A stretch of 64,000 nt of DNA from Octopus vulgaris (taxonomy: Eukaryota), in the NCBI GenBank assembly GCA_951406725.2, contig OX597838.1:5766001-5830000 (forward strand), in the 5' to 3' direction. Every line of letters begins with the position of its first letter. Position 1 is the stretch's first letter. Both the position numbers and the translations under genes were made by a program. This document shows, piece after piece, positions 1 through 13,384 of the stretch. The notes under the pieces were generated by a model. That model did no database searches and was not told the DNA's origin. It saw nothing but the letters and a program-made list of their open reading frames with translations.

Positions 1-30
1 TAGAATTATTATTATTAGAATTATTATTAT

Positions 31-34
<4 letters not shown>

Positions 35-129
<95 letters not shown>

Positions 130-153
130 AAATAGTAATAGTAGTAGTAGTAG
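35..153. repeat. (TAG)n microsatellite
   Basis: Long, slightly interrupted run of tag/agt triplets. Confidence 0.95.
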
Positions 154-349
154 TTTGTTGCTGCAGTAGTTATTTGAGCTAGAAATATTTTCCATACTGG
201 TACATAAAATGTTTCTCTCTTCATAGACGAGCAGATAGCAAAATACGATCAAATACTTTCTTCTGCCAATCACATCTCTTTATCTTTCTTCCTTTCGTTA
301 TATGTATTCATACATTCGTATGTGGATATTATATATATATATTAACATA

Positions 350-514
350 GGCGCAGGAGTGGCTGTGTGGTAAGTATCTTGCTAACCAACCACATGGTTT
401 CGGGTTCAGTCCCACTGCGTGGCATCTTGGGCAAGTGTCTTCTGCTATAGCCCCTGGCCGAACAATGCCTTGTGAGTGGATTTGGTTGACGGAAACTGAA
501 AGAAGCCTGTCGTA

Positions 515-575
<61 letters not shown>

Positions 576-793
576 ATATGTTTGTGTGTCTGTGTTTGTC
601 CCCCTAGCATTGCTTGACAACCGATGCTAGTGTGTTTACGTCCCCGTCACTTAGCGGTTCGGCAAAAGAGACCGATAGAATAAGTACTGGGCTTACAAAA
701 AGAATAAGTCCCGGGGTCGATTTGCTCGACTAAAGGCGGTGCTCCAGCATGGCCGCCGTCAAATGACTGAAACAAGTAAAAGAGTAAAAGAGT
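350..793 (+). mobile_element. tRNA-derived SINE family A, full length, with internal (TA)n(TG)n
   Basis: Head ggcgcaggagtggctgtgtggt (A-box-like) and ggttcagtccc (B-box-like); body shared with many copies in the window; (aaagagt)n-type tail. Confidence 0.9.
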
Positions 794-820
794 ATATATA
801 TATATTTGCGCGTGTGTATA

Positions 821-871
<51 letters not shown>

Positions 872-1181
872 TCGTTGATTTATGCGTGAGTGTAAGTTAT
901 TTTCTAATTCTCATTTCAGTTTTGTTTCGTATATTATTTTATGTCGCTATTTCATCTTTGGTTTGTTTTAGTTTTCTGTAAGGTTCTGGTAGCCATATTG
1001 ATCCGTCTATTTCTGTCTTTCATTGATCAAATATTAACCATCGCCTACTCGTAATTCTTGTTTTCGTTCCATTCACCCTCAAACCTAACTACTTTCTCAT
1101 TCATTTCCACCAAGTATTATCACAATCAGCTCTCTATATTAATCTATTCTGTCATACATACTTTCAGTCACAACACTTCAA

Positions 1182-1212
<31 letters not shown>

Positions 1213-1240
1213 TACTCATACAGACACACACACTCACACT

Positions 1241-1291
<51 letters not shown>

Positions 1292-1334
1292 GTATATATA
1301 TATATATATGTGTATATACATATATATATACATG

Positions 1335-1381
<47 letters not shown>

Positions 1382-1928
1382 GTAAAACTCTGCATTTGTG
1401 TAGGCTCGCGTCGTCATCCCTAAAATTGCATGTTTTTTAAAATTCTTTAAACTCTTCTCACCAACTCTCAATATCACCAGCATTCACTATTATAATCATC
1501 GTTATTATCATGACCATGATCGTCGTCGTCATCATCGTCGTAATCATCATCATCATCCTCAGCATCATCATCATCAACAACAACAACACCAATAGCTGCA
1601 GGAGCATCGGTACCACAGCAGCAACTGTAGCAATGTCATCATCATCATCATCAAGATCACCACTACAATCAACACCGTCATCATCATCACCATCATGTAA
1701 GGCTAGAGATTGGAGCGATGGCCTCTCCTTGCAAATACTAATCGGACGCAGATTGTGTATCGTTAGCCTGCTGGGGGAGATGTTTCCCTCTGGCTATAAA
1801 TAACAGCAGCACTGTTCTCTATAGGAGGATACCTAGGAAATAGGCATCACACGTAGCCGGCAAATATATGTATATATGATATATAAACATATAATGTATA
1901 TATGTATGCATACACACACATTCGCACA

Positions 1929-2007
<79 letters not shown>

Positions 2008-2296
2008 GACCTAGTGGTTATGGCAGTAGACTCGCGGGGTATGATCGCTGTTTCGCTTCCCAGACCGGGCGTTGTGAGTGTTTATTGAGCGAAAACACCT
2101 AAAGATCCACGAGGTTCCTGCAGTGGGTGGTGGCGATACCTGCTGTACTCTTTCACCACAACTTTCTCTCACTCTTTCTTCTGTTGGCCTGCTCGCTTAG
2201 CCAGCGAGGTGGCGTCATTTGAAGGCTAAAACAATGCGAAGCGCAATGTGACCAGCGATGTGTAGCAACATCTTATATGTAGTCTGATCGATCACG

Positions 2297-2300
<4 letters not shown>
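2008..2300 (+). mobile_element. Probable tRNA-derived SINE, family C, inserted in (TA)n
   Basis: tRNA-like head (cctagtggtta...gtttcgcttccc); about 290 bp of GC-richer body flanked by (TA)n on both sides. Single copy here. Confidence 0.55.
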
Positions 2301-2341
<41 letters not shown>

Positions 2342-3409
2342 TGGTAAAACATTTTACCTTTGCCCATATAATACAATAAGTGAATTAATTGTATCGCAAT
2401 TCTTAACATTTATGTATTAACTTTGTTGGTTACCTCACTAGCAGTACATTGGATATATGGTATCCCAAGGTGGGTTGCATTTACAACCCCTATCTCAATT
2501 TGTATATATACATATATACAGAGAGAAACAGAGAGATGGGGCAAAATGAAAATAAATGTAAATATAAATGTGTTTATTTTTCTAGCTATCTATCTAAGTA
2601 ATTATCTACCTAGATATATACATGCATGCACACATGCATACATACATGTTTATATATGCATATAAAGTTATACCTGTGTATATATTTATGTATGTACGCT
2701 TAAATATATTTGACTCTAAAGCTATAGTAATTGATATTAGTCCAATTAATATAATGGGATTTGTCTTCATTCGGCTTGGAAACCAAACGCACATACACAC
2801 CGGAAGTCTATCTCTTACATAACAGCGTTCCTCACATCCATTCACTTCTATTGATTTCTATTTGAATACACTGAAAACCAGTTTCCAACATCTATAACAC
2901 CGAGTAAATAGACCTTTTATTCTACATACATTGGTATATTTCCTATTATTGATTTCCTATATTGGATTTAGTTCATGAATATATAACTGATGACTATTGT
3001 AAGCGTAATTGTTGTACTGTTATTGTTAATAAATGAGCAGCTCTCGGCATTCCAGCCGTGACATTCCCATCGTATTTTATACATAATGTATTTGTATAAA
3101 TTCAGCATTGGGCGTAAAAATGCCTGTGAGGAATCTCGATCCATAATTATATGGTCACGGGTTCTGTTCCACTGCGTGATGATGTATGTATTTATGTACG
3201 TATGTATGTTTGTTTGTATTTATGTAGGTATGTACGTATGTAGGTGTGCATATATGCGTGTATATGTAAACAACCACGTGACTGAAATTGCCACAAGAAA
3301 GGTAGCAGACAAATGAAGCCGTAGTATTCCCCGCGAATACTAATATATATATAACATATATGCATATACATCCATGCGTAAATATAGCGATGTTCATATA
3401 CATATTCAT

Positions 3410-3535
<126 letters not shown>

Positions 3536-3600
3536 TAATACATCTGTTTGTTTTGAACACCACCAGTCTTCGTCTTTTGTTTTTTTCGTAATCTCTCCCT

Positions 3601-4084
3601 ATATACCTTGATTTCAGTAAGGCCTTCGACAGGGTCGATCACAAGATCCTATTGAAAAAACTATCCAACATTGGTGTCTCTGGAAAGTTACTGAAATGGA
3701 TCAAGTGTTTCCTGACAGACAGATCTCAACATGTTGTAGTTGAAGGGATAAAATCAAAATCGCACTCTCATCTCATAACAACAATACGGCACAATTATTT
3801 CACCTCAATTGGCCCCGCTCTCTTTAACATTACACCAAAACACATTAAAACAGAAACTGACCCTATAGGGTTCAAGAAGTCTTTGGACAGATTCCTTCAA
3901 GAAATCCCGGATAAACCCCCTACACCCGGATATGTCTCTGTAAACAATAACTCTCTACTTGAGTGGGCCATAGTGCCCAACTTCTGACTTGAAAGACTTC
4001 ACCAGGTGGTGCTATTAAGTTAGACATGGCCTGGGCCAATAATGGCCGAAACCTATCAAAGTATCAAAGTATCAAAGTATCAAA

Positions 4085-4088
<4 letters not shown>
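3601..4088 (+). mobile_element. CR1/L2-group LINE 3' fragment (RT N-terminal part fused to ORF2 C-terminus, 3' UTR, tandem tail)
   Basis: Frame from 3601 reads IYLDFSKAFDRVDHKILLKKL...W..FLTDRSQHVVVEG (non-LTR RT motif) and continues to FKKSLDRFLQEIPDKP...stop at 3987. UTR hairpin GGCCA-ATAA-TGGCC at 4034-4047; tail (TATCAAAG)x4 at 4054-4085. Confidence 0.85.
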
Positions 4089-4153
<65 letters not shown>

Positions 4154-4195
4154 AATATATATGCATATATATCTCTATCTAGCTATATATATATG

Positions 4196-4245
<50 letters not shown>

Positions 4246-4351
4246 TATTTATATAGACACATATATATATATGTATGTATGTGTGTATGTATATATATAT
4301 ATATATATTATTGACCCTGTTTTCTCCCCTACCATTCATCTATTTTATTAA

Positions 4352-4445
<94 letters not shown>

Positions 4446-4751
4446 ATATTTAAAACAAAACATATATATCATCTATAATAATTTTCTGTACCTTTATTAT
4501 TCTTTGGTTAAAGTAAATACCTACATTTACCTCCCTTTGACCACAGTATTTTGCACACTCAAGCATGTCAACGCCTAAACTGAAATATATAAGAACAATT
4601 CTTTGATATAAGGGATTCTTCCTTACTCTTTTATTTATACAAATAACATAGTATAGCATGTATCTTAGCTCTTATTTTGTTTCTTCCTTCCTTTATTTAT
4701 TTATTTATTATGTTATAAATTGTTTTTAATTTATTCATTTATGTTTGATAT

Positions 4752-5100
4752 ACTGCGTGGCATCTTGGGCAAGTGTCTTCTGCTGTAGCCCCGGGCCTAC
4801 CAATGACTTGTGAGTGGATTTGGTAGACGGAAACTGAAAGAAGCCTGTCGTATATATATATATATATGTATGTGTGTTTGTTTCTGTGTTTGTCCCGCTA
4901 GCATTGCTTGACAACTGATGCTGGTGTGTTTACGTCCCCGTCACTTAGCGGTTCGGCAAAAGAGACCGATAGAATAAGTACTGGACTTACAAAGAATAAG
5001 TCCCGGTGTCGATTGCTCGACTAGAGGCGGTGCTCCAGCATGACCGCAGTCAAATGACTGAAACAAGTAAAAGAGTAAAAGAGTAAAAGAGTAAAAGAGT
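4752..5100 (+). mobile_element. SINE family A, 5'-truncated
   Basis: Matches 350-793 from actgcgtggc onward; (aaaagagt)n tail. Confidence 0.9.
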
Positions 5101-5917
5101 ATACTAGAAAGAGCCATTAAATTCTTCTCCATTTGGTAAAAAGGATTGCGATAATTGAAATGCATAATCAATTTTAACCGAGGGTTAAATGCTAATAAAA
5201 ATTACGACGTCTCACTGGAAAATTCTCGGCGCTAGAAACAAGAACCAACGCCACCGTAAAGACAATAGTAAGAGCTGAAAGACCACGCGTAAAATTAAAC
5301 TAGATTTCAACAATATTTATTCGCCCCGATTCTTTGCAGATGCTTCTTCAATACATGCACCGAAAATGCCAAGTAAATTTAGTTCTATGGAAAACAGAAA
5401 GTGTATAAACAGCCTATTAGATAAACAATAAATTTGTGAAATAGCATTGTCTTCTTTAAAAGTTCAATGTTTAAAAATTATATTACGAATCAACACTTGC
5501 AAACACGCATGCTCTCTTTCTCCCTTAATCAGTCTCTCACTCTCTCTCTCTCTCTGTCTCTCCCTGTCCATCCTGCTATCTCTCTATTTGAACTTCACTC
5601 CTCTCTGCTTGTTTCAATCTCTCTCTTTTAGCACGACTTTGCCTTCTTTCTCCCTTTGACTTCCTTTCCCTCTCTGATTCTGTCTCTGTCTGTCTGTCTA
5701 TATGTCTCTGTCTCTGTCTCTGTCTCTTTCTCTCTCTCCCTCTCTTTCTCTCATTCTTCAACTCATAGTTTTCCAAAACAATTTAAATTGATAAAGAAAG
5801 CCAGAAACAATAGCATCTAAATCGAAGTAAAATATAACACGATACAAAAGCGTCTCTAAATTTAGTTAAAATTCTACATATAAACTTAAAAGCAAGTCTA
5901 ATCAAATCGATGCCTTC

Positions 5918-5950
5918 CTATTATTGTTATTATTATTATTATTATTATTA

Positions 5951-6012
<62 letters not shown>

Positions 6013-6085
6013 GTTATAGTTGTTGCTGTTACTGCAGCTGCTACTGTTGTTGATATAATTTTTGATGTTGTTGTAGTAGTAGTAA

Positions 6086-6126
<41 letters not shown>

Positions 6127-6165
6127 ATAGTAGTAGTAGTTGTAGTAGTAGTAGTAGTAGTAGCA
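5918..6165. repeat. Compound (ATT)n / (GTT)-like / (AGT)n microsatellite
   Basis: Directly visible triplet runs. Confidence 0.9.
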
Positions 6166-6481
6166 GCACCGGTAGCAACAGCACTAGAATTCGCATTAAC
6201 AGATATGGAATTTTTGTTGATAAAGTTAAGAGTGATAGCGAATTTTAGCCCGTGTTAATGATGTCTAACTTTGGGAGAAGGGAAGGCCGCACATCTGACC
6301 CAAGATGTGCCGTTCAATTAACCACATCCAGAAACTATCGGAAGGAATGGTCGTGAGCCAAAATGTCAGTCATTCTGTAGTCGTTAGGTCCGATAGTCTG
6401 TCCTTCATGGTGTCGACATGCTTAACATAGCATTCAATTGATATCTATCATAAATTTTAACTTAACAGAAATATTAAGCGA

Positions 6482-6530
<49 letters not shown>

Positions 6531-6532
<2 letters not shown>

Positions 6533-6692
6533 CGCAGGAGTGGCCGTGTGGTAAGTAGCTTGTTTACCAACCACATGGTTCCGGGTTCAGTCCCACTGCG
6601 TGGCACCTTGGGCAAGTGTCTTCTACTATAGCCTCGGGCTGGCCAAAGCATTGTGAGTGGATTTGGTATACGGAAACTGAAAGAAGCCCGTC

Positions 6693-6737
<45 letters not shown>

Positions 6738-6960
6738 TGTGTGTGTTTGTGTGTCTGTGTTTGTCCCCATAGCATTGCTTGACAACCGATGCTGGTGTGT
6801 TCATGTCCTCGTTACTTAGCGGTTCGGCAAAAGAGACCGATAGAATAAGTACTGGGCTTACAAAAGAATAAGTCCCGGGGTCGAGTTGCTCGATTAAAGG
6901 GGGTGCTCCAGCATGGCCGCAGTCAAATGACTGAAACAAGTAAAAGAGTAAAGAGTAAGA

Positions 6961-6962
<2 letters not shown>
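6531..6962 (+). mobile_element. SINE family A, full length
   Basis: Near-identical to 350-793; flanked by (TA)n. Confidence 0.92.
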
Positions 6963-7013
<51 letters not shown>

Positions 7014-8098
7014 CACATAAACGCATACATGATGTTTGAACATTTTAATAGAAGCACCACGAAGGGACGAACGGAAGTTGCAGACAAGAGAGATGGACAT
7101 GATGTTTCCTCGTCAGTTTTATACTACTGTGTGAGTAAATATATATATATATATATGACAATAACGCTTTTACAATAAAGAGTATACAAAAACGTGCTAT
7201 ACTTTTGAATTAAGATATCGCAAGTGGAAAGAGATGACCTAATTTCAGGGTTTGTGTTCAAAGAATTTGAAAAACAAACATAAGCAAAACAAAACAATAG
7301 AATATTTTCAGCTATTCCCACCATTGTTTTTCGATCAATGATTTTAACTGTAGACATTCTTGCTTTATCCCGCATTGATGCTGTCCATTCTCCATAACGG
7401 ACCCCTCTTTCATGCACGATTAAACGAAATGATGTAGATGAAGTCTAAAATATGCACAAACATACTTCAACCGATTTGACGATCATAAATAATTTCAGGA
7501 ATAAAAACAAGCAAGTTTTGATACTCCAGCAGTTTGCTCTCTCAAGTAAAGTAAGCAATGAATATTCTCGTAATCTTTGAAGCTGTAATGGAAAGTGAAA
7601 CTAGAAGGAAAATTATTTGTTTTATAAAGAGAACATCATACAAATATATATTGTGCAAGTTGTATGTTAAGTTTAGCTTTAGATGTTTGGAGCTGAAGTT
7701 GCACAAGAAGTCGTACTCAGTATTGGAAAGTCAAAGGGTGAGAATAATTGGTTTGTTAAATAAATAGCTTTAGCAATTGTGCTGCTTTAAAGCATTCACA
7801 TGTTCCACACTTTCTTTAAGATGTATTTTTTTTTATCAATATGAAGCGATGAAGCGACATTACTCACGTGAAAATTTTGTTGTAGAGAAACAAAGAGAAA
7901 TCAAAAAAAAAAAAAAGAAAAAGAAATGGTTGAATACCGGTTTAAATACAAAATCATTCGATCAAAGAGATTGACATTAAAATAAATCTGTCCGGCAGTT
8001 ACTGTAACTTATTTAAAATTTGCAAATATCACAAATTATATGGTTATTAACTTTTCTATACTGGAATTGATAGCAATTACGTACACGCAAACGCACAT

Positions 8099-8167
<69 letters not shown>

Positions 8168-9083
8168 CGTACAAACACATATTTACATATATACATAAAT
8201 GCCATTCATTTTATACCATCGAGGATGGTATAATATAATGCACAAGCTATCGATTCTGAGTTCAATACATCTTATAGCAGCAATAACTGTAAGCTAATGA
8301 ATTTAATTCCATAAGTTTTTTCGATTTGCCATTTAATAAATTTCATACTACGCTCTGCATTTAAACAACGCCTTATTCCGAAGAATATTCATACAGAGAT
8401 ATCACACCAGTTTTTAGTGCCACTATGTCTAGGCGAAATCTTAAGACATATATATATAGGTATACGCATACGCACACATACACAGATGCACACACACAAA
8501 CACGCATACACACACGCACACGCACAATCAAACACAAAAACAAGGACACACACATGCACACAATATGCGAATGTTATTTCACTAAATTGTCAGCATATTG
8601 CTCTTTCAAACCAACTATATGTTTATCTTATATCTATTAGTTATATATATATACTCTAACAACGGCTTTCCGACCATGGCTCCTCCTTCACGATACCGGG
8701 AACTAGATACGTCACGTAAATAGCCAGCCATGTATGAAAGTTAAAGGACGACCAAGCCTACATTTCAGGTAATTCATGGTGGCCTATTCGAAACCCTAAC
8801 ATGTCAGGGTCACCGGCGATCGATAGCCAAAAGGATATAATCAACTTTGTTGAATTCGAGTGTCGGGGTCTTTTCCTCTCCCTAATTCGAGAGATGACAC
8901 TCGCTTGAGAAGCGTTAAGCCAACAGGCTTCCGGATCAATTGATAAACCATAAACTTAAGTCCTTTATGGACGTGAAATCTAAGGTAATCCCATAAACCC
9001 GTCCTATCTAACATTAATATATAATGTCCTATAATGTAGAGTGAGCTTCTTTTTTCGGATTTATAGTTTGATGCAATATGTAA

Positions 9084-9130
<47 letters not shown>

Positions 9131-9155
9131 AATACATACATACATACATACATAC

Positions 9156-9214
<59 letters not shown>

Positions 9215-10253
9215 TATACACACATATATGTGCATTTTATATGTACATATAAATTACATTTCTTATAAGATGTCATATAAACGTAGAAAGTTGTCAATAC
9301 CTACATGAAACTGTTGTACAAAAAAAGGATGGTTTGAAAAATTATTTCCTTGACAATCCATTTCACAAACAGAGTTCCGGTGAAAGCCATTGGCTAATAA
9401 GTACAATTGTCAGCTATTCAGCTAGTTCAATAACAGAATTATAGTTTTACCCATTGGATGTGTTGTATAGTATGAAATATGAGCGTAGTTGCTGCTTTTA
9501 GTCAGAATATATGTGTGTGTGTGTGTTCTCATGTATACATATTTGTGTATATGTATATATGCATGAACATTCTATAGTGTATTCCGTCTGAATTGAAGAA
9601 AATAGGATAATGGATCCTACGTGTTTGAGTGACAATTGTATTGCAGGTGTTCGCATGGGGTCAAATGCTTAATATATTGCAATTATTTAACTAAATAATT
9701 AATTACACTTAGTCTATTTCCTGTCTATTTTAATGCATGGAATTTCATGTTGCTGTCACAATATTGCAGGTATATTCTGCTGAGCTGTCCAGTGGGATGT
9801 ATCTAATACATACACACATGTGTACTTATTACACACAGGCACACATACATACATATATGCACACACATACATATATATAAATATTTTTGTATATATATGC
9901 AGATATATATGCATACATATATAAATATACGTATGTGTATGCATATATACATACATGCATATATACATACATAAATACATACATACATATATGCACACAC
10001 ATACATATATATAATTATTTTTCTATATATATATGCAGACATATATGCATACATATATAAATATACGTCTGAGTATGTATGCATACACACACATATATAT
10101 GTAAACACATACATATACGCACACATATATATATATGTATGTGTATATATATATGCATAAAATTTTATATCTACAGATATATGTATATATCTTTCTATTT
10201 ATATCTACTTTGGTTTAATATTATGCACAAACGTGTGAAGAAAATCTGATACA

Positions 10254-11035
10254 TACAAGGAAGTATCTAAGAGAAACCGACATTTTGCAATATCATTTTC
10301 CTCACTCAGTTTTACAATGTTACAGTTTTATGGCCTTCAAAGACCTCTTCATTTGTAGGAATGCATCGGTCCAGACGCATTTTGCACGGCTCAAAGCAGT
10401 CCTGGGTCCCTTGCTAAGTGACATCTCGTAACACCTTCCACGTTCCTTCCTACACCTCTCCCATATCTGTAAAACGTATTCCTTTTAGGACTCCTTTCAT
10501 TCGGGGGAACAGAAAGAAGTGGTAGACAGCAAGAGCGGGCGAATAGGTATGGTGGGTAAGCGAGGGCATGCCACTTTCAGTAAAAAACAAAAATGTCTCA
10601 CACTCAAAGCAGTGTCCGCAGGTGTATTGTCGTGATGAAGCTACCACTCCCCACGTTGCCACAGCTGGCGAGTTTTTCTCTCACGATGTCTCGAAAATGC
10701 TTCGGACCTGCCAAGTAACAAGCCTGGTTAAAAGGTTGAGTAGGAGGAACAAAATCCTTGTGGGCAATCCATTTCATATCGATGACACAAAACAGCATCG
10801 TCTTGACTTTCGACTTCATTTGACGCACACTTTTGGTGAGCGGTGACATTGACGCTTCCATTGACTTGATTGCTGGTTCCGGGTTGCAGCTGCGGCACAG
10901 GATTTCATCACCAATGATGACTCTCAAAAGAAGGTCCGGAGCAACTTCTAACCGTTCTTTCAGTTCACGACACTCATGCAGTCGTGACTGCTTTGGTTCT
11001 TCCGTGAGCAAAAGCGGCACGAATTTTGGGCAATA
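10254..11035 (-). mobile_element. Decayed mariner transposon (catalytic domain plus one end)
   Basis: Minus-strand translation across frameshifts gives KFVPLLLTEE (WVPHEL-type motif), VIIGDE, KSKVKTML, LHHDNTP, YSPALA and FFLFPRMK..LKG.RF. A TIR-like end (tacaaggaagtatctaagagaaaccg) lies at 10254. Confidence 0.85.
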
Positions 11036-11044
11036 ATGAAAGAA

Positions 11045-11194
11045 GAAGCTTGTTTACAAACTATATGGTTCCGAGCACCTTGGATAAGTCTTTTCTACTA
11101 TAGCCTTGGACCAACAAAACCCTTGTGAGTGGATTACGTAGACGGAAATTGAAAGAAGCCTGTCGTATATATGTATATATATATTTATGTATAT

Positions 11195-11252
<58 letters not shown>

Positions 11253-11493
11253 ATGTATGTATGTATGTATGTATGTATGCATGTATATGTTTGTGTGTCT
11301 GTGTTTTTCTCCGAACATCGCTGGACAACCGATGCTATTGTGTTTCGGTCCTCGTAACTTAGCGGCGCTCGGCAAAAGAGACCCATGGAATAAGTACTAG
11401 GCTTTCAAAGATTAAATCCTGGGGAATATTTGCTCGACTACAGCCGGTGCTCCAGTATGGCAGCAGTCAAATATCTTAAACAAGTAAAGGAGT
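11045..11493 (+). mobile_element. SINE family A, diverged, head partly deleted
   Basis: Alignable to family A body and tail; abuts the mariner remnant. Confidence 0.8.
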
Positions 11494-11927
11494 GGCGCAG
11501 GAGTGGCTGTGTGGTAAGTAGTTTGCTTACCAACCACATGGTTCCGGGTTCAGTCCCACTGCGTGGAACCTTGGGCAAATGTCTTCTACTATAGCCTTGG
11601 GCCGACCAAAGCCTTGTGAGTGGATTTGGTAGACGGAAACTGAAAGAAGCCCATCGTATATATGTATATATATATATGTGTGTGTGCGTGTATGTTTGTG
11701 TGTCTGTGATTGTCCCCCTAGCATTGCTTGACAGCCGATACTGGTGTGTTTATGTCCCCGTCACTTAGCGGTACGGCAAAAGGGATCGATAGTATAAGTA
11801 CTGGGCTTACAAAGAATAAGTCCCGGGGTCGAGTTGCTCGACTAAAGGCGGTGCTCCAGCATGGCCGCAGTCAACTGACTGAAACAAGTAAAAGAGTAAA
11901 TGAGAGAGTAAAAAGAGAGAGTAAAAA
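11494..11927 (+). mobile_element. SINE family A, full length, directly in tandem after the previous copy
   Basis: ggcgcaggagtggc head starts immediately after the tail of the 11045 copy. Confidence 0.9.
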
Positions 11928-12290
11928 ACGGTGTACGTGTCCATATGTGAAGATATACGTGTTCGTGTGCATGTTCAAGTCATTTCGCTGACCTTTGTAT
12001 ATGTATGAGTGTATACATGTTTGCGCATTGCACGAGCGACGTGGAATAGTTTTGCGCATGTTTCAGCTTGAAATTGATTGATTGCTTTTCATTTCCGTCG
12101 AAGAAAATGTCAGAATGTCTGCTTATTATTTTTTTTTTTCTTTTTATTCCTGCCCATTTTTTTCTCAAGTGATATCTCTTTGACATATTTTTCTCGATAT
12201 CTTTGGATTCTTTCCCTTCCAACTTCCTCTTACTTCTTCTTCGCTCCATTCAGCGTTGTCCTACTATCTTTTCCTTGTTTATCTATATAA

Positions 12291-12350
<60 letters not shown>

Positions 12351-12381
12351 CATATATATATTTACATATATATATATATTT

Positions 12382-12416
<35 letters not shown>

Positions 12417-12837
12417 TATATATGTATTTGGCATATAAATACATATATATATATTTCACGTATATTTTACATATATTTATACACACACACACACACACAT
12501 ATACATATATATATGGGCGAAAATACATCATGTATGTGTGCTTTAGCTGTGTGTTTATATGCGTCTATAATTTTATAGTTTCATGTCGCTCGGCTATCAA
12601 TAAACTATGTAGAAATGTCTTTTTCTGAAAGGAGGTAACGATAGAAACAAATTATTGACTAACCAATGTTCAATTCTGAATTTCAACCTGATCTCATCGG
12701 AATGATTTATATATATAACTCATCCGAATGATTTATACACATATATAAAATGTATACCATATCGTGTCTACGCATTTATTTCACACATCCATCTTTCACT
12801 CAAACTCTCCCTCACCGTTTTCTCTCTCTCTCACTCT

Positions 12838-12838
12838 G

Positions 12839-12922
<84 letters not shown>
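12838..12922. repeat. (TATC)n microsatellite
   Basis: Pure tetranucleotide run. Confidence 0.95.
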
Positions 12923-12923
<1 letters not shown>

Positions 12924-12936
12924 ATGTATGTATGTA

Positions 12937-13324
12937 GGCGCCGGAGTGGCTGTGTGGTAAGTAGCTTGCTAACTAACCATATGGTTCCGGGTTCAGTCCC
13001 ACTCCGTGGCATCTCCGGGCCGACCAATGCCTTGTGAGTGGATTTGGTAGACGGAAACTGAAAGAAACCTGTCGCATATATGTATATATATATATATATG
13101 TATGTATGTGTATGTGTTTGTGTGTCTGTGTTTGTACCCCTAGCATTGCTTGACAACCGATGCTGGTGTGTTTACGTCCCCGTCACTTAGCGATTCGGCA
13201 AAAGAGACCGACAGAATAAGTACTGGGCTTACAAAGAATAAGTCCCGGGGTCGATTTGCTCGACTAAAGGCGGTGCTCCAGCATGGCCGCAGTCAATTGA
13301 CTAAAACAAGTAAAAGAGTAAAGA

Positions 13325-13326
<2 letters not shown>
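12937..13326 (+). mobile_element. SINE family A with short internal deletion
   Basis: Lacks the ttgggcaagtgtcttctactatagc segment; otherwise matches family A. Confidence 0.9.

Positions 13327-13384
<58 letters not shown>

Noticed and set aside
350-425. tRNA genes at SINE heads
   Set aside because: A/B-box-like motifs are present, but there is no complete cloverleaf and each continues into a SINE body.
342-620. Recurrent peptide RGYSRRHLPK.PRSGTEPGTMWLV.KLLTTQP found at several loci
   Set aside because: It is the antisense translation of SINE family A, not a protein family.
1700-1862. GC-richer islands here and at 6250-6420 and 32150-32277
   Set aside because: Probably old TE fragments, but no diagnostic motif, second copy or convincing structure beyond one short hairpin (6289-6310).
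2988-3030. CTGATGA as a hammerhead core
   Set aside because: No downstream helix II or GAAA.
7100-7116. Minus-strand CUGACGA-G-GAAA (a similar case lies near 24663-24674)
   Set aside because: No room for helix II.
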